This document shows positions 5,999 through 6,705 of a DNA stretch of 6,705 bases, piece after piece. The notes beneath the pieces are model-generated. The model worked only from the letters and a program-made list of their open reading frames with translations. It was not told where the DNA came from and did no database searches. How positions within the stretch are numbered: position 1 is the first letter of the stretch; each line of letters begins with the position of its first letter. Source of the DNA: a virus (Duplodnaviria; Heunggongvirae; Uroviricota; Caudoviricetes); the IMG/VR virus record IMGVR_UViG_2617270954_000006. One strand, given 5' to 3'. The position numbers and the translations under genes are program-made.

Positions 5999-6705
5999 AT
6001 GCGATTAGCAAGTCGTTTTGGTTATGCGAACCAGATACGCCGTGACCGTCCGCTGACACATGAAGAGCTGATGCACTATGTACCCGGTATTTTTGGGGAA
6101 GACCGGCATACCTCCCGCAGTGAACGCTATACGTATATCCCCACCATCACCGTGCTGGAAAGTCTGCAGCGGGAGGGCTTTCAGCCCTTCTTCGCCTGTC
6201 AGACCCGCGTACGTGACCCGGGCCGCCGGGAATACACCAAACACATGCTGCGTCTGCGGCGGGCCGGAGAGATAAACGGAGAACATGTCCCTGAAATCAT
6301 TCTGCTCAACTCCCATGACGGTACCTCCAGCTACCAGATGCTGCCGGGTTACTTCAGATTCGTCTGCCAGAACGGCTGCGTCTGCGGTCAGTCTCTGGGA
6401 GAAGTGCGTGTTCCGCACCGGGGAAACGTGGTGGACAGGGTCATCGAAGGGGCTTACGAAGTGGTGGGCGTTTTTGACCGGATTGAGGAAAAGCGTGATG
6501 CCATGCAGTCGCTGGTCCTGCCGCCACCGGCACGTCAGGCGCTGGCACAGGCGGCACTGACTTACCGTTATGGTGACGAACATCAGCCCGTCACCACCGC
6601 TGACATTCTGACGCCACGACGCCGGGAGGATTACGGTAAGGACCTGTGGAGTGCTTATCAGACCATCCAGGAAAATATGCTGAAAGGCGGGATTTCCGGT
6701 CGCAG
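5999..6705 (+). CDS. DUF932-domain protein (YfjQ/YafZ family of CP4-type cryptic prophages), 3'-partial
   Basis: AAGGAG at 5987-5992, 6 nt before the ATG at 5999. The frame is open to the window end (235 codons). The translation MRLASRFGYANQIRRDRPLTHEELMHYVPGIFGEDRHTSRSERYTYIPTITVLESLQREGFQPFFACQTRVRDPGRREYTKHMLRLRRAG…EIILLNSHDGTSSYQMLPGYFRFVC… closely resembles, from memory, the E. coli YfjQ/YafZ paralog family. GC is high (about 58-60%). The ORF track lacks it only because it has no stop inside the window. Confidence 0.9.
   Translation, partial: MRLASRFGYANQIRRDRPLTHEELMHYVPGIFGEDRHTSRSERYTYIPTITVLESLQREGFQPFFACQTRVRDPGRREYTKHMLRLRRAGEINGEHVPEIILLNSHDGTSSYQMLPGYFRFVCQNGCVCGQSLGEVRVPHRGNVVDRVIEGAYEVVGVFDRIEEKRDAMQSLVLPPPARQALAQAALTYRYGDEHQPVTTADILTPRRREDYGKDLWSAYQTIQENMLKGGISGR

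Noticed and set aside
6005-6583. 192-aa minus-strand ORF and two small + ORFs (6078-6275, 6285-6560) in the DUF932 region
   Set aside because: The + frame starting at ATG 5999, with an AAGGAG RBS, encodes a recognisable DUF932 protein and is open to the window end. The others are antisense or out-of-frame artefacts of high GC content.
1-6705. CRISPR arrays, tRNA/rRNA genes, IS elements with terminal inverted repeats
   Set aside because: No regularly spaced direct repeats, no tRNA-like cloverleaf candidates and no transposase-like ORF were seen on either strand.

Overview
The window looks like Enterobacteriaceae (E. coli-like) accessory DNA upstream of a DUF932 (YfjQ/YafZ-family) gene, a typical backbone gene of CP4-type integrative/cryptic-prophage elements. 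All seven supported genes are on the + strand, in three blocks. (1) 1-3653: a tightly packed operon of a 5'-truncated dynamin-like GTPase with a long helical C-terminal region, a 301-aa helical protein with no recognisable motif, and a patatin-like phospholipase with an intact Ser/Asp dyad. The stop/start codons overlap (GTGA at 1681-1684, ATGA at 2583-2586) and an intrinsic terminator follows. This is the main candidate for an undescribed system, plausibly a membrane-targeting anti-phage or abortive-infection module. (2) 3700-5640: a lower-GC block with two small Sec-signal-peptide secreted proteins flanking a GYF_2/DUF4339-domain membrane protein, each with its own RBS. (3) 5640-6705: a GC-rich backbone with two strong hairpin terminators, a roughly 260 bp stretch with no convincing ORF, and the 3'-truncated DUF932 gene. 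No tRNA, rRNA, CRISPR array or IS element was recognised. All functional calls come from motif reading and memory of protein families; no database search was run.
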